DNA from: Candidatus Fervidifonticultor quintus
GTDB lineage: Bacteria > Sysuimicrobiota > Sysuimicrobiia > Sysuimicrobiales > Humicultoraceae
Assembly (NCBI GenBank): GCA_031459535.1
Contig: JAVKIJ010000007.1
Span: 1-63,727, forward strand
Reading direction: 5' to 3'
DNA: 63,727 nucleotides
In this document: one piece after another, positions 10,085 to 20,103 of the stretch
Layout of the letters: every line of letters begins with the position of its first letter
How positions within the stretch are numbered: position 1 is the stretch's first letter
Made by a program: the position numbers and the translations under genes
The notes under the pieces: generated by a model
Databases searched by the model: none
Seen by the model: only the letters and a program-made list of their open reading frames with translations
Told to the model about the DNA's origin: nothing

Positions 10085-11013
10085 GCGTAGGTGATGCGCG
10101 GATCGAGGTAGGCGTACAGAACGTCCACCACCAGATTCGCCAGCACGAAGAGCAGCGTGGTGACCAGCACACAGGCCTGCAGCAGGGGGTAGTCCCGCCT
10201 CGATACGCTCTCCATCAGCAGTCGGCCCAGGCCAGGCAGGCTGAAGATGGTCTCGGTGAGCATCGCGCCCGACAGGAGGGTGCCGACCTGGAGTCCGACG
10301 ATGGTGACAATGGGAATGAGCGCGTTGCGCAGCGCGTGGTGGTAGACGATCACACGCTGGGCGAGGCCCTTCGCACGCGCCGTGCGGACATAGTCGAGGC
10401 CGAGCACCTCCAGCAGCGCCGCCCGCGTGATGCGCGTGATCAGGGCCGCAAAGGACAACCCTAGGGCCACGGCCGGCAGGACCAGCGCCCGCAGTCCGTA
10501 CTCTCGTACACTGCCGCCCGGGGGAAACCATTGGATTCTCACCGCGAAGGCCATGATGAGGAGCATCCCGAGCCAGAAGACTGGGACGGACACGCCAATC
10601 ATGGCCACCACGCGTCCCAGGTGGTCTGCGAGGGAGTCGCGACGCACGGCCGAGAGCACCCCAACGGGAATTCCGACCGCCAGGGCCACCACCATCGTGG
10701 TGCCGGTCAGCAGGAGCGTGGTGGGCAGGCGCGCACCGATCTGATCGGTGACGGGAACCTTGCTGATGAAGTCGCGCCCGAGGTCGCCGCGGGCGGCCCG
10801 GGCCAGCCACCGCAGGTACTGGATCACGAGGGGGCGGTCCAGCCCCAGCTCACGCCGGAGCCGGGCCGCCGTCCGCTCGTCGTACTCGGGGCCGAGCATG
10901 ACGATGACCGGGTCGCCGGGGGCCAGCTGGGCCAGCAGAAAGACCAACACTGTGATCCCCACCACCACCGGGACCAGGAGTGCCAGTCGGCGGCGAACGT
11001 ACCGGAAGACCAT
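10081..11013 (-). CDS. Dpp/Opp-type ABC permease (DppB-like)
   Basis: PGDP, DYVRTARAKGL, YLDPRI. Confidence 0.93.
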   Translation of the reverse strand: MVFRYVRRRLALLVPVVVGITVLVFLLAQLAPGDPVIVMLGPEYDERTAARLRRELGLDRPLVIQYLRWLARAARGDLGRDFISKVPVTDQIGARLPTTLLLTGTTMVVALAVGIPVGVLSAVRRDSLADHLGRVVAMIGVSVPVFWLGMLLIMAFAVRIQWFPPGGSVREYGLRALVLPAVALGLSFAALITRITRAALLEVLGLDYVRTARAKGLAQRVIVYHHALRNALIPIVTIVGLQVGTLLSGAMLTETIFSLPGLGRLLMESVSRRDYPLLQACVLVTTLLFVLANLVVDVLYAYLDPRITYA

Positions 11014-11034
11014 CGGTCCTCGTCGGCTCCCTCC

Positions 11035-12615
11035 CTACTTGTTGAGCCAGGTCCGCATCAGCACGTTCACGTCGCCCTCCATCAGCGGGTAGTCCACCAC
11101 CATCTTCGCCACAATGTCAACGTTCCTCCAGAAGACCAGCCGCAGTTGCGGCGCGTCCTCCAGGATGGCCCGGCTGATGGCCTTCCACATGGGCCGCGCC
11201 AGTTCGCGCTCCCCGCGGACGAAGTCAGAGTAGGTATTGGCCTGATCGATGAGCCTCTGCACCTCTGGGTTCTGGTAGCAGCCAGGCCTGTTGTACCCGC
11301 TGAAGTTCAGGGCGCCGGTCGCGCCATACTGGTACGTGCTGAACTCGAAGGCAGTACTGCGGAGCGGCGTGATGCGAAACATGAACGCGGGGGCGGGCCA
11401 CTCCGACTTCGGCTTGCGCATGGTCGCCGACTGAGCCGTGTACTCCATCGGCCGGATATTCACCTTGACGCCGACCTTGGCCAGATGGGCCTGCACCAGC
11501 GTGGCGGCATCCACATAGATGGACTGGTCAATGGGGATCAGGGTGAACTCCAGCGGTCTGCGCTCGTCGTAGCCGGCCTCACGCAGGAGGCCTCTGGCGC
11601 CCTGGGGATCATACTTCTCGACGATGTTCCTGTCATGGGCCCAATGGTTGGGAGGGAACACATCCCCTGCCACGTCCGCCAGTCCGCCGAACACCACCTT
11701 GGCGATCTCCGCCCGATCGACGGCCAGCGACACGGCCCGGCGCAGATTCTTGCTGGCAAACGGCGGTGCGCAGGTGTTGAAGGCGATGAGCAAGGTATTG
11801 TTGCTGACCCCGGCCAGCACCAAGAACCGCGGATCCGCCTGGAACCGCGGGACGTCTTTGAACCCCGGGTCCTGATCCACGTGGATCTGCCCGGTCAGCA
11901 GGTTCGCCACCCGGGTGCTGTCCTCGGGGATCACGCGGTAGACGACCCGATCGAGGTACGGCAGGCCCTTCTGCCAGTAGTTGTCGTTTCGGACGATGAC
12001 GACCCGGTCGCCCTGCACCCACTCCTGGACCTTGAACGGTCCCGTGCCCGACCAGACCTTCACGCCGAAATCGGGCGTTTCGGCGATCTTGGGGTTGACC
12101 ACCTTGGGGTGATTGCCCGCGGCGAAGGCCAGGAACTGAGGCCAGGGTTGCTTCATGGTGAATTTGAGCGTGTGCCGATCGAGGACCTCAATGCGCGCGA
12201 TGTTATCCCGGTAGACCTGCCCGAAGGTGGCCCGGTACTTGGGGTCCAGCAACCGGTCGTAGGCATACTTGGCATGCTCGGCGGTGACTTCGTCGCCGTC
12301 ATGGAACCGTACGCCCTGACGCAGCCTGAAGATGTAGGTGAGTTTGTCGGGTGTCTGGGGCATGGCCTCGGCCAGCACCGGGATGATCTGGCCCTTCTCG
12401 TTGTACCCCAGCAGCCCTTCCTCTGTCTGGTTGAGGATCGTGATCCCGGGTTTGCCCGGGTCAATGATCGAGGTCATGCTCTTCGGCGCCGCGGCCTGAC
12501 CGATGACCAGGGTCCCGCCGCGCTTGGGCTGCGGGGTCTGCGAGAGGGCCACCGTGGACCCTGCCAGGACCAGGATCATCGCCAGCGCCGACAATCCCAT
12601 CCAACGTCTGTACAT
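11035..12615 (-). CDS. ABC transporter substrate-binding protein, family 5
   Basis: Signal peptide; PKRGGTL, LRQGVRFHDG, GTGPFK; RBS GGAGG upstream of ATG 12615. Confidence 0.92.
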   Translation of the reverse strand: MYRRWMGLSALAMILVLAGSTVALSQTPQPKRGGTLVIGQAAAPKSMTSIIDPGKPGITILNQTEEGLLGYNEKGQIIPVLAEAMPQTPDKLTYIFRLRQGVRFHDGDEVTAEHAKYAYDRLLDPKYRATFGQVYRDNIARIEVLDRHTLKFTMKQPWPQFLAFAAGNHPKVVNPKIAETPDFGVKVWSGTGPFKVQEWVQGDRVVIVRNDNYWQKGLPYLDRVVYRVIPEDSTRVANLLTGQIHVDQDPGFKDVPRFQADPRFLVLAGVSNNTLLIAFNTCAPPFASKNLRRAVSLAVDRAEIAKVVFGGLADVAGDVFPPNHWAHDRNIVEKYDPQGARGLLREAGYDERRPLEFTLIPIDQSIYVDAATLVQAHLAKVGVKVNIRPMEYTAQSATMRKPKSEWPAPAFMFRITPLRSTAFEFSTYQYGATGALNFSGYNRPGCYQNPEVQRLIDQANTYSDFVRGERELARPMWKAISRAILEDAPQLRLVFWRNVDIVAKMVVDYPLMEGDVNVLMRTWLNK

Positions 12616-12691
12616 CCTCCCCACCTCCTCATCTGCGCCTGTCACGACGCGTCTTGGCTCCATGGCCCACCATGCCGCTCCCGCGGGACCG

Positions 12692-13879
12692 TCAGCTCAC
12701 CTCGGCGAGTCTGCGCAGCGTCTCGTCATCGAGCGGGCCGCCGCGCGCCCGGGCTTCATCCCGAACCCGCGCAACCAGCCCGGGGAGCTTGGCTCGCTCC
12801 ACCGTCAGGCCCAGCTCCCGTAGCCTCGCCTCCACCAGCGCCGGCCCGGCCCGCGGTCCCAGCACCACGCGCCGCGCATTCCCCACCGCCTCGGGCGCAA
12901 TGGTTTCGAATAGCGGAGGGTAGACCCGCAGCCCCTCGAGGTGCACGTCCAGCCGGTGAGCGAACGCCACCTCCCCCACCAGCGCCTTGTGAGGAGACAA
13001 CGGCACACCCACGCGGGCTGCCACCTCCCGACACAGCGCGGTCAACGCGGGCAACTGGATGCCGGTGGGAATGCCGTAGAGGACCTCAAGGGCGACGGCC
13101 AGTTCGTCGAGAGCGCAGTTGCCCGCTCGTTCGCCGAGCCCGTTGACCGAGGCGTCGGCCAGCGAAGCCCCCGCTTCGATACCGGCCAGGGTGTTGGCCA
13201 GGGCCAGGCCATAGTCGTCGTGGCAGTGGATGTGCACCGGCACTGAGACCGCTAGCCGCACCGTCTTCACCATCCGGCGCACCGCCGCCGGGAGGGCCGC
13301 TCCCACGGTGTCAGGCAGCACCACACGATCGGCGCCGACCTCCACAGCCGCCGCGGCGACCTCTGCCAGGAACCGCAGGTCGGCCCGGGTGGCGTCGGTG
13401 GGACACATCGCGACCTGGGCGCCTTGCGCTTTGGCATACGCCACGGCCTCTCGGACCAGGCGCACGACAGCCGCCCGGGTGGTGCGCTCCAGACGCTCCA
13501 GCCGCATGTCGGAGACCGGATGCAACAGCGCCACTACCCCGACACCGCATCCCACCGCCGCGTCGACCTGCGCGCGCCAGTCTGCGGCGTAGATCTGCAC
13601 GGGGCTCTGAATCACCACGGCGACCCCCGCGTCGCGGATGCGGCCGATGACCTCTCGGTCTTCTGCCGATCGTCCCGGCCAGCCCACTTCGATCTGCCGG
13701 ACGCCCATCTCTGCCAGGCGCCGGGCCAACGCCACCTTTTCGTCCACGGACAGCACCACGTCGAATCCCTGCTCCCCTTCCCTCAGGGTGACATCATTGA
13801 TCTGCACCGCGGGAGGCAGGTCCATCTCGCGCCGGACCTCGGGCGCCCGGTTCAGGGGGCTCGCGTAGTATGCGGTCAT
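12692..13879 (-). CDS. DRE-TIM acetyl-CoA condensing enzyme (homocitrate/isopropylmalate synthase-like) without a regulatory domain
   Basis: DVTLREGEQ, LPDTVG, HCHDDYGLA, NGLGERAGN. Confidence 0.85.
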   Translation of the reverse strand: MTAYYASPLNRAPEVRREMDLPPAVQINDVTLREGEQGFDVVLSVDEKVALARRLAEMGVRQIEVGWPGRSAEDREVIGRIRDAGVAVVIQSPVQIYAADWRAQVDAAVGCGVGVVALLHPVSDMRLERLERTTRAAVVRLVREAVAYAKAQGAQVAMCPTDATRADLRFLAEVAAAAVEVGADRVVLPDTVGAALPAAVRRMVKTVRLAVSVPVHIHCHDDYGLALANTLAGIEAGASLADASVNGLGERAGNCALDELAVALEVLYGIPTGIQLPALTALCREVAARVGVPLSPHKALVGEVAFAHRLDVHLEGLRVYPPLFETIAPEAVGNARRVVLGPRAGPALVEARLRELGLTVERAKLPGLVARVRDEARARGGPLDDETLRRLAEVS

Positions 13880-15087
13880 AGGGGCAGCGTCCCCATGGCC
13901 GCCCGCAGCGCGGCAGGATCGTAGACTTCACCGGCCTTGATGACCATCCGCACCGCGCGGACGGCATTGAGGTCTGCCAGCGGGTCCGCGTCCAGCACGA
14001 CCACATCGGCCCACTTCCCGGGCTCAAGGGTGCCAGCTCGATCCGCGATGCCCAAAATCTCGGCATTGGTGCGCGTGGCCGCCCGGAGCACCTGCATCGC
14101 CGAGAGCCCGCCCTTGTGCATCAACAGCATCTCTTCGTGCATGAAGCCGGCGACATCGGTCCCGCAGCCGAGGCGCACGCCGGCCGCCACCAGGTACCGG
14201 TAGTGCCGCATGCGATCCTCGAGGTGGGACGCCGAAACGTCGATGAGCCACTGGGGCCGGCCCAGTTCCTTCCCGCGGTGCGCGATCACCCACGACTCGG
14301 CCATGGTGGGCACCACCGGGATACGCTTCTCTGCCAGCAGTTCGGCGGTGGGTTGGTCCACCAGGGCCGCGTGCTCGATGCAGTCCACCCCAGCCTCAAT
14401 GGCGCGCCGGATGGCCGCAGGCGGATGGGCGTGAACCGTCGTCGGGCGGTTCTGCCAGTGGGCTTCGTCGAAGGCGGCGCGCAGTTCGTCCACGGTATAC
14501 TGGGGCGACGCGGGCTGGTCGTGTCCCTGTGAGACGAATCCACCCGACGCCATACACTTGACCAGATCGGCGCCGCGCCTGAGCATTTCGCGGGCCGCAT
14601 GGCGGACTGCGTCGACTCCATCGGCCACGAAGCAGATGGCGTCCCCATGGCCGCCGGTCATGGCGATCGGCTGCCCACAGCTGTAGACGCGGGGGCCTTT
14701 GATGAGCCCCGCCTCGATGGCCTTGCGCACGGTGAAGCTCGTCGCGCCCTTGCCGCCCACGTCGCGGACGGTCGTGACGCCCTCGATGAGGCTGGACAGG
14801 CAGTTCCGGCTTGCCCGCAGCACCAGATACTCCGTGGGTTCCGCGGCCCGCTCCCAGAACGAGCGGACCCCGTGCCGGGTATCGAGGTGCTCGTGGGCGT
14901 TGATCAGCCCGGGAATGACGTATCGTCCGGACACGTCAATGACCACATCGCTGGCTGCCGGTGCCCCCACTTCCTCCAACCGGCCGACCTTGGTAATGGT
15001 GTCGCCCTCGAAGACCACCACAGCGTGCGGTAGCGGCTCGTCGCCCTTCCCACCAATGACCGTCCCACCTTGCAGATACGTCGCCAT
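13876..15087 (-). CDS. Metal-dependent amidohydrolase (prolidase-like subgroup)
   Basis: PGLINAHEH, GVTTVRDVG, MTGGHG, KCMASGG, HAH, IEH, GTD. Confidence 0.9.
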   Translation of the reverse strand: MATYLQGGTVIGGKGDEPLPHAVVVFEGDTITKVGRLEEVGAPAASDVVIDVSGRYVIPGLINAHEHLDTRHGVRSFWERAAEPTEYLVLRASRNCLSSLIEGVTTVRDVGGKGATSFTVRKAIEAGLIKGPRVYSCGQPIAMTGGHGDAICFVADGVDAVRHAAREMLRRGADLVKCMASGGFVSQGHDQPASPQYTVDELRAAFDEAHWQNRPTTVHAHPPAAIRRAIEAGVDCIEHAALVDQPTAELLAEKRIPVVPTMAESWVIAHRGKELGRPQWLIDVSASHLEDRMRHYRYLVAAGVRLGCGTDVAGFMHEEMLLMHKGGLSAMQVLRAATRTNAEILGIADRAGTLEPGKWADVVVLDADPLADLNAVRAVRMVIKAGEVYDPAALRAAMGTLPL

Positions 15088-15167
15088 CCCTCGCCTCCTG
15101 TTGTCCACCACCAACCGCCCTGCGGGCCCCGACGCGCGACTCCTCGCGCCGCCTGCCCCCTCGCCGC

Positions 15168-16382
15168 CTACGCCGGCACCCGTCCTGCGGCAGCCCGCAG
15201 GGCGACAGGGTCGTACAGTTCCCCTCCCTTGCACACCCACCGGATGCGGCGCAGCGCCCCGGGGTTGATCAGCGGGTTCCCATCGGTGATGATGAGATCC
15301 GCGAGGTACCCCGCCGCAATGACGCCGAGGTCCGAGGCGCGTCCGATGATCCGCGCGGCCACCGAGGTCGCAGCCCGGAGGCTGGCCGCCGCCGACAGCC
15401 CGGCCTCGCGCAGCAGCTCCACCTCCTCCGGCATCTCGCCCATCACGTCGGTACCGGCAGCCACGACCACGCCGGCGCCGACGGCGAGGCGCGCGGCCAG
15501 TGCGTGACGATCGAGGAGGGCCCGCGCGCGCTCGACGACGGCCGCAGGGCGTCCCCAACTCGGTCCACGGCTGACCATGGCCGGACCCTCGCTCAGCGTG
15601 GGCACCAGGTAGACGCCGCGCGCAGCCATCAGGTCGGCGGTGGGGGCATCGAGCAGCATGGCGTGCTCGACGCAGTCCACGCCGGCTTCCACCGCGCGCC
15701 GGATGGCTTCGGACGGGTGGGCGTGGGCCGCGGTCGGACAGCCGGCGGCATGAGCCTCGTCGAATGCCGCGCGCAGCTCTTCCACCGTGAATTGCGGAGA
15801 AGCGGGCAAGTCGCCGGCTGCTTCCACTACCCCTCCCGAGGCCATGCACTTGATTAGGTCTGCCCCTCGCCGGATCAATGCCCTGGCCGCAGCACGCACC
15901 GCATCCGCGCCGTCGGCCACCAGCGCGCGCAGATGGCCATGGCCGCCCGTCATCGCAATCGCCTGCCCGCACGCGACCACCCGGGGGCCTCGGACCAGGC
16001 CCGAGGCGACCGCGTCACGGTAGATCAGGCTGATCCCGTCCCGGCTCGCCATGTCCCGAACGGCAGTGATGCCCGCGGCCAGGTTGAGAAGCCCGTTGCG
16101 GGCCGTGCGGAGCACGAGATAGTGCGTATCCTGTGTGACGCGCTCCTGGTAGGAGCCGGTAGCCCCCCGGGTGTCCTGATGCTCATGGCAGTTGATGAGC
16201 CCGGGCATCAGCACGCCACCGCCCCCGTCCACGCTCACGCCGGCCGGCAGGGAGGCCCCGAACTCGCGCCGTCGCCCCACGGCGGCAATGCGATCGCGCT
16301 CGGTGACCACGACCGCATCAGAGACCAGCTCGTCAGCAAGCCCGTCGAAGAGGCTCACCTGGTGAAAGACCAGCCGTGCCAT
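15168..16382 (-). CDS. Metal-dependent amidohydrolase (tandem paralog)
   Basis: PGLINCHEH, MTGGHG, KCMASGG, HAH, VEH, GTD. Confidence 0.9.
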   Translation of the reverse strand: MARLVFHQVSLFDGLADELVSDAVVVTERDRIAAVGRRREFGASLPAGVSVDGGGGVLMPGLINCHEHQDTRGATGSYQERVTQDTHYLVLRTARNGLLNLAAGITAVRDMASRDGISLIYRDAVASGLVRGPRVVACGQAIAMTGGHGHLRALVADGADAVRAAARALIRRGADLIKCMASGGVVEAAGDLPASPQFTVEELRAAFDEAHAAGCPTAAHAHPSEAIRRAVEAGVDCVEHAMLLDAPTADLMAARGVYLVPTLSEGPAMVSRGPSWGRPAAVVERARALLDRHALAARLAVGAGVVVAAGTDVMGEMPEEVELLREAGLSAAASLRAATSVAARIIGRASDLGVIAAGYLADLIITDGNPLINPGALRRIRWVCKGGELYDPVALRAAAGRVPA

Positions 16383-16410
16383 GGGTGACCGATCCCCGGG
16401 TCCGCGGCCC

Positions 16411-17235
16411 TCAGGCCTTGTCTGGGACGAACTCCCGCAGGATGACGGCCGTCATCCAGTCACAGCACATGGCGTAGATCCGTTCGCCCAACTCGCGGGT
16501 GGCCTTGGAGGGATCGCCGACGTGTCCGTAGGGCGACGTGGACTTGAACGATCGCGTGCCCCGGGCCACGCCCCCTCCGTAGACCGGCGGCTCGTCCTTC
16601 TCGATCTTCCTGGCGGGCGGGGCCGGGTAGTGGGGCTGCGCGCGGTCGAGGTGGACGAGCCGCGGCGCTGAGACCAGCATGCGAGCCGTCTCGCTCGCTC
16701 CACCGTGTCCTTCACGGGCTCCACCCGAGAGGATCTCGTGGTAGTGCGCCGTTAGGTATGGGAGCCAGTTGAGGGCGATGGCCTGACAGTCGTGGCGTTC
16801 CACGAGCTCCTGGGCCGCGATCTGCATGGCGGGGAAATTACCGCCGTGACCCAGCACCAGCGCCAGCTTGGTGAAGCCATGGGCCACCAGGCTCCCGCCG
16901 ACCTCCAGGATGACCCGCCGCATCGTGTCGGCAGAGAGGGTGAGCGTGCCGGGAAAGGGCATCATGTGGTAGTTGACCCCAAACGGCAGACACGGCGCCG
17001 ACACCGCGGGCACGCCTCTGGCGGCCAGGCGGGCCAGGATGCCTCGGGCAAAGTCGTACCCCTGGAACGTGTCCGCACCCATCGGCAGGTGGATCCCGTG
17101 ACTCTCCGTCGAACCCAGCGGGATGAGGGCGATCTGGCTCGCCTTCCGCACCGCCTCGACCTCTTCCCAGGTCATCTCCAGCAACGTCTTCGGTCCTCGA
17201 ACCTCATAGAGAACCTCGCCAGTCGCCTGCCCCAT
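16411..17235 (-). CDS. Creatininase/mycofactocin-peptidase-family amidohydrolase
   Basis: PLGSTESHGIHLPMGAD, GHGGN, HGGASET, GDPSKATRELGE. Confidence 0.9.
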   Translation of the reverse strand: MGQATGEVLYEVRGPKTLLEMTWEEVEAVRKASQIALIPLGSTESHGIHLPMGADTFQGYDFARGILARLAARGVPAVSAPCLPFGVNYHMMPFPGTLTLSADTMRRVILEVGGSLVAHGFTKLALVLGHGGNFPAMQIAAQELVERHDCQAIALNWLPYLTAHYHEILSGGAREGHGGASETARMLVSAPRLVHLDRAQPHYPAPPARKIEKDEPPVYGGGVARGTRSFKSTSPYGHVGDPSKATRELGERIYAMCCDWMTAVILREFVPDKA

Positions 17236-17284
17236 GATCCGTGTCCTCCTCCACACCCGGTCCCCGAACGCCCGCGGCCGGGCG

Positions 17285-18058
17285 CTACACTTCCAGCACC
17301 TCCTGGTACTCGTACCGGTCGGCCCGGTACCGGGCCTCCAGGTACACCTCCGCCGTCTCACCCGAGAAGATCCGGAGCGTCACCACCACCAGCGCGCTGG
17401 CGGGGGGAACCTCGAGCAGCTTGGCGTCGTGCGCGTCCGCCAGCGCAGCGCTCATGGTGCGCACGGCATGCGTGAACCGCCGACCGTGCACCTCATCAGT
17501 ATGAGCCCGCAGAAACGTGAGGAGCGCGCCGCGTCGCGTGATGTCCTCCACGGACACGGGGTGGGTGCACGCCAGGTGTACGCGCGACATTCCAATGGGA
17601 CCACTCGGGGTCAGGCCGCGGTGTATGATCCGCGTGACCGGCGTGCCCGCCTCGACCGTCAGTTCCCGTGCGATCCTGGTTGAAGCCGGGACCACGGCAA
17701 TCTCACGGACATCGGAGCGCACGTCCACGCCCCGGGCGCGGAGTTGCTCGATGAACCCTACCAAGCGCCTGGGACGCACGTCAGCGATCTTGCGGCCGAC
17801 CACGGTGCCTTTGCCGGCATGTCGGGTGATCAGCCCCTCAGCGACGAGTTCGGAGAGCGCCTGGCGGACCGTGGTGCGACTCACACCGTAGTGACGTTGG
17901 AGCTCGACCTCCGTGGGCAGGAGCGACCCCTCCGGGAAGTCGCCTGACTGGATCCGCTCCCTGAGATCCCGCTTGATCTGGTGGTAGAGCGGAATCGGCA
18001 GGGCGGCAGTAATGTGCCCAAGAGCGACGGCGCTCTTTGCAGGTGTCACCGTTGGCAC
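17285..18058 (-). CDS. GntR-family transcriptional regulator (HutC subfamily, UTRA domain)
   Basis: PLYHQIK..LPTE..YGVSRTTVRQAL..GKGT winged HTH; C-terminal YRADRY. Confidence 0.9.
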   Translation of the reverse strand: MPTVTPAKSAVALGHITAALPIPLYHQIKRDLRERIQSGDFPEGSLLPTEVELQRHYGVSRTTVRQALSELVAEGLITRHAGKGTVVGRKIADVRPRRLVGFIEQLRARGVDVRSDVREIAVVPASTRIARELTVEAGTPVTRIIHRGLTPSGPIGMSRVHLACTHPVSVEDITRRGALLTFLRAHTDEVHGRRFTHAVRTMSAALADAHDAKLLEVPPASALVVVTLRIFSGETAEVYLEARYRADRYEYQEVLEV

Positions 18059-18089
18059 CGCGGTTCCCCGTGCCGCGCCGATTGCAGGA

Positions 18090-18140
18090 GCTTGTGTGAA
18101 TTCATCGTAATATCACAATGTCATGATCTTTATAGTTATT
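18090..18140. promoter_or_regulatory. AT-rich divergent promoter region with a putative GntR operator
   Basis: Markedly AT-rich patch; TGTCATGATC near-palindrome, TTGTG...CACAA inverted repeat, TATAGT -10-like hexamer at 18131. Confidence 0.45.
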
Positions 18141-18184
18141 AGTTCGTCGCCCTACCGGCTGTTCCTCCCCAGAGGTGTCCACTC

Positions 18185-19249
18185 ATGAGCCATCTCGAGA
18201 TCGCCGGCCTTCGCGTGGGCCCTGGGACGCGGGCCTTCACGACGATCCCCGTAACCAGAACGCTGCTCGGCGCCGAACTCGCCCTGCCCCTCCACATCGT
18301 CTGTGGCCGAGAAGCCGGGCCGGTGTTGGGGTTGACCGCCGGCATCCACGGCGTGGAGCACCTGGGAGTGTGGATCGTCCGGGACGCGCTGAAGGCACTG
18401 CACCCAGAGGCGCTGCGGGGCGTCGTGGTCGCCGTCCCGGTGGCGAACCCTCTCAGCTTCGTCCGCGCCAGCCGCGTCACACCTGAAGACGACATCGACT
18501 TTGGGAACCTCAACCGCGTCTTTCCGGGTCGACGCGCGACGCCGGTCTTCGGAGGCGGCGCGGCTCACCCAAGTGACCGCACTGTCACGGAGATGCTGGC
18601 ATCTACCCTGACCGAGCAGGTCCTGCCACACCTGACCCACCTGCTGGACTTCCACACCCACTTCAATGGCGTCGGGCTGGCGAAGGTCATTATAGGCCGC
18701 GAGCTCCCCGAGCGCGTACGGGACAGCGCCTGGCGCATGGCAAAGGCCTTCGGGATGCCCTTGATCCAGGAAGAGACCATGCGGGCGACCACGTGCACCG
18801 GCCAAGCCGCGGCGATGGGTGTGCCGGCCATCGCGCCCGAGGTGGGCGGAGACCAGCTGCCGACCCAGGTGGCGCGACGGTGCGTGACAATGAACGTGCG
18901 GGGTATCCTCGGCGTCATGGCCGCGCTCGGAATGCTGCCGCAGGAAGCAAAGCCGCCGGTGCGCTACTTCATTTTTCGCCACGTCCCGCACGTGCGGCCG
19001 CGGACGGCGGGTTACCTGATCCCGGTCCACGACCCCGTGGACCTGTTCGCGGAGGGCCGCTTCGGCGTCGAGGTCAAGGCCGGCGAGCCGCTGGGCCACC
19101 TGTTCGACCCGTATACGCTGGAAGACGTGGAGGAGCTCTCGGCGCCGACGGACGGCATCCTCTACATGTCGCGCCGCGCCGGGCCCATCGAGGCAGGCGG
19201 CCACGCCTTCGCTGTGGCCTCATACGAGGAGAGTCGGGTCGAGTCCTGA
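18185..19249 (+). CDS. Succinylglutamate desuccinylase/aspartoacylase (M14-like) family protein
   Basis: AGIHGVE, NLNRVFPG, DFHT, PEVGG. Confidence 0.88.
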   Translation: MSHLEIAGLRVGPGTRAFTTIPVTRTLLGAELALPLHIVCGREAGPVLGLTAGIHGVEHLGVWIVRDALKALHPEALRGVVVAVPVANPLSFVRASRVTPEDDIDFGNLNRVFPGRRATPVFGGGAAHPSDRTVTEMLASTLTEQVLPHLTHLLDFHTHFNGVGLAKVIIGRELPERVRDSAWRMAKAFGMPLIQEETMRATTCTGQAAAMGVPAIAPEVGGDQLPTQVARRCVTMNVRGILGVMAALGMLPQEAKPPVRYFIFRHVPHVRPRTAGYLIPVHDPVDLFAEGRFGVEVKAGEPLGHLFDPYTLEDVEELSAPTDGILYMSRRAGPIEAGGHAFAVASYEESRVES

Positions 19250-19260
19250 GGGGGACACGC

Positions 19261-20034
19261 ATGCTGCACCCCAATGCCGTGAAGAGGAAGCTGGCGAGCG
19301 GAGGCACAGCCGTCGGGACCATTGTCCAGGTTCCCCATCCGTTGATCGTGGAGGCGTGCGGTCGCGCGGGATTCGACTTCGTCATCCTCGACGAGGAACA
19401 CGGTGCGCTGGGACCGGACCGGTTGGCCGACATGATCCGCGCCGCCGAGGTCGCCCATGTCACACCCCTGGTGCGGGTCAGCGAGAACAGGGCGCCGCTG
19501 ATCCTGCAGGCGCTCGACCAGGGCGCCGGCGGCGTGGTGATTCCTGGCGTGCGGTCAGCGGATGAGGCCAGAGCCGCGGTGGACGCGGCCAAGTACGCAC
19601 CCGCCGGCCACCGCGGATACTGCTCGGCGGTACGCAGCGCTGGCCTCATCGGCGACCGCGCCGCCATGGAGCGCGCCAACGCCGAGACGATGGTCATCCT
19701 GCTCATTGAGCACCGGGAGGCGGTGGACGCGTTCGAAGCCATGCTCGACGTCCCGGGCGTGGACGTGGTGTTCATCGGTCCGGGAGATCTGTCCCACAGC
19801 CTGGGCGTCCCGGGGCAACTGGCGCATCCGGTGGTCCAGGACACCGTGGGACGGCTGATCAGCATGGCGGCCCGACGAGGCCGGTGCGCCGGCGTGCACG
19901 TGAAGCGACCCGAAGACGCCGACCGCTACCTGCGCCTGGGCGCCCGCTTCCTGAACTATGGCATGGACATCCAGGTGATCGCGCAGGCGTTCATCGACAT
20001 CGTCAGGCAGGTCGAACGCTTGGGGCCACAGTAG
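19261..20034 (+). CDS. HpcH/HpaI aldolase-family protein
   Basis: GFDFVILDEEHG, LDQGAGG, IEH, FIGPGDLS. Confidence 0.9.
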   Translation: MLHPNAVKRKLASGGTAVGTIVQVPHPLIVEACGRAGFDFVILDEEHGALGPDRLADMIRAAEVAHVTPLVRVSENRAPLILQALDQGAGGVVIPGVRSADEARAAVDAAKYAPAGHRGYCSAVRSAGLIGDRAAMERANAETMVILLIEHREAVDAFEAMLDVPGVDVVFIGPGDLSHSLGVPGQLAHPVVQDTVGRLISMAARRGRCAGVHVKRPEDADRYLRLGARFLNYGMDIQVIAQAFIDIVRQVERLGPQ

Positions 20035-20103
20035 TCTCCCCCGAGATGGACCCACGGGTAGCCCGTGTGGGTGCCCGCGGACCCGCTAATCAGGAGGCAG
20101 CAG

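Noticed and set aside
10531-13146. 871-aa plus-strand ORF, and similar long antisense ORFs (22918-24675, 30502-32715, 58053-59996)
   Set aside because: Shadow ORFs opposite well-supported genes; expected at this GC content and lacking recognisable motifs
13876-15972. Apparent 698-aa amidohydrolase, and other N-terminally extended ORFs (9188-10810, 26395-28842, 18793-20034, 38718-39593)
   Set aside because: The extensions overlap neighbouring genes; better starts lie downstream at the beginning of the recognisable domains
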